This document shows, in pieces, positions 23,639 through 24,000 of a stretch of 24,000 nt of DNA. Source of the DNA: an uncultured Desulfurococcaceae archaeon (lineage in GTDB: Archaea > Thermoproteota > Thermoprotei_A > Sulfolobales > NBVN01); contig CAYOJG010000010.1 in assembly GCA_964404265.1 (NCBI GenBank), positions 15,411 through 39,410 on the forward strand, read 5' to 3'. The notes beneath the pieces were generated by a model that did not search any database, was not told where the DNA came from, and saw only the letters and a program-made list of their open reading frames with translations. Made by a program: the position numbers and the translations under genes. How positions within the stretch are numbered: position 1 is the stretch's first letter; each line of letters opens with the position of its first letter.

Positions 23639-23706
23639 AATTTATGTGTTCTTGTTGTTTGTTTCTTTCGAGCAGTAGCATGTTTTCTAGTGAGGGTGGA
23701 TGGAGG

Positions 23707-24000
23707 TTAAGGGTCTTCAGTGGTTTCTGTAGTGGAGGTTTTTACGGGTCTGCAGAGATTTTTTACAATTATAGGCACTGCCAACAGTGTTACGAGTAGT
23801 GCGGCTATTGGGGCCGCTAGTTCAGAACCTATGAAGGAGGCAAAGAACATTACGAGGCATGCGTAGGGGATTGCAGTTGTTATTCTGGGTGATGATGAGT
23901 TCCTCGCCATAACCTCGTGGATGAGAAATATCGCGAAGGACACTATGAACCATCCAATGAAGTTGCTTACTGGAATACCGAACCAGGTGGGTCCCCACCC
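23707..24000 (-). CDS. integral membrane protein, C-terminal part (ORF runs off the window edge)
   Basis: The reading frame is open from position 24000 down to the stop at 23707-23709. The ORF-track GTG at 23943 is internal, because upstream codons GWGPTWFGIPVSNFIGWFI contain no stop. Hydrophobic segments are present (FAIFLI, AIPYACLVMFFASFIG, IAALLVTLLAVPII). Confidence 0.55.
   Translation of the reverse strand, partial: GWGPTWFGIPVSNFIGWFIVSFAIFLIHEVMARNSSSPRITTAIPYACLVMFFASFIGSELAAPIAALLVTLLAVPIIVKNLCRPVKTSTTETTEDP

Noticed and set aside
23261-23693. 9-nt direct repeat TGTTTTCTA at both ends of the spacer (23261 and 23681) as possible att or target-site duplication
   Set aside because: A 9-mer recurring within about 440 nt of AT-rich sequence is not statistically compelling. 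No integrase, tRNA or other mobile-element gene lies between the copies.
23261-23706. Replication origin hypothesis for the AT-rich spacer (CCAGAAAT repeats resembling part of crenarchaeal ORB elements)
   Set aside because: The repeats lack the TCCA-N-TGGA dyad of ORB/mini-ORB elements. Only two loose copies exist. No orc1/cdc6 or whiP gene is adjacent within the window. This is not supportable from sequence alone.

Overview
This window reads as a compact, mostly housekeeping stretch of an archaeal chromosome. It is probably a thermophilic crenarchaeon (Thermoproteota). That placement is inferred from the gene set (Topo VI, L35Ae, deoxyhypusine synthase, a non-catalytic EndA paralogue, a C/D box sRNA), Glu/Lys/Arg/Val-rich proteins, frequent GTG/TTG starts and 4-nt start/stop overlaps. 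I can support 24 protein genes: ATP-dependent DNA ligase, L35Ae, Mut7-C/DUF82, AMMECR1, ThyX, dCTP deaminase, a small TRASH/L24e-like zinc protein, an Lhr-type helicase with a coupled unknown ORF, a small membrane protein, a SAM methyltransferase, an NFACT/Rqc2-like protein, four tandem CBS-only proteins, DeoC, Top6A, Top6B, deoxyhypusine synthase, HisRS, an EndA-like subunit, an MtnA/eIF-2B-family isomerase and a truncated membrane protein at the right edge. I found no rRNA, tRNA, CRISPR array, IS element or recognisable defence island. The strongest non-routine observations are: (1) a 476-aa LAGLIDADG intein splitting the Toprim DxD metal-binding motif of Top6A; (2) an unannotated, textbook-geometry C/D box sRNA in the 70-nt gap at 4701-4770; (3) a translationally coupled cassette of four divergent 4xCBS proteins; (4) an Lhr helicase with a compact CX3CX2CX2C cluster and a translationally coupled orphan ORF; (5) a 446-bp AT-rich, ORF-free spacer between two convergent gene ends. 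I did not find convincing evidence for a wholly new multi-gene system. The CBS cassette and the Lhr-to-NFACT gene string are the best candidates, and both rest on inference.
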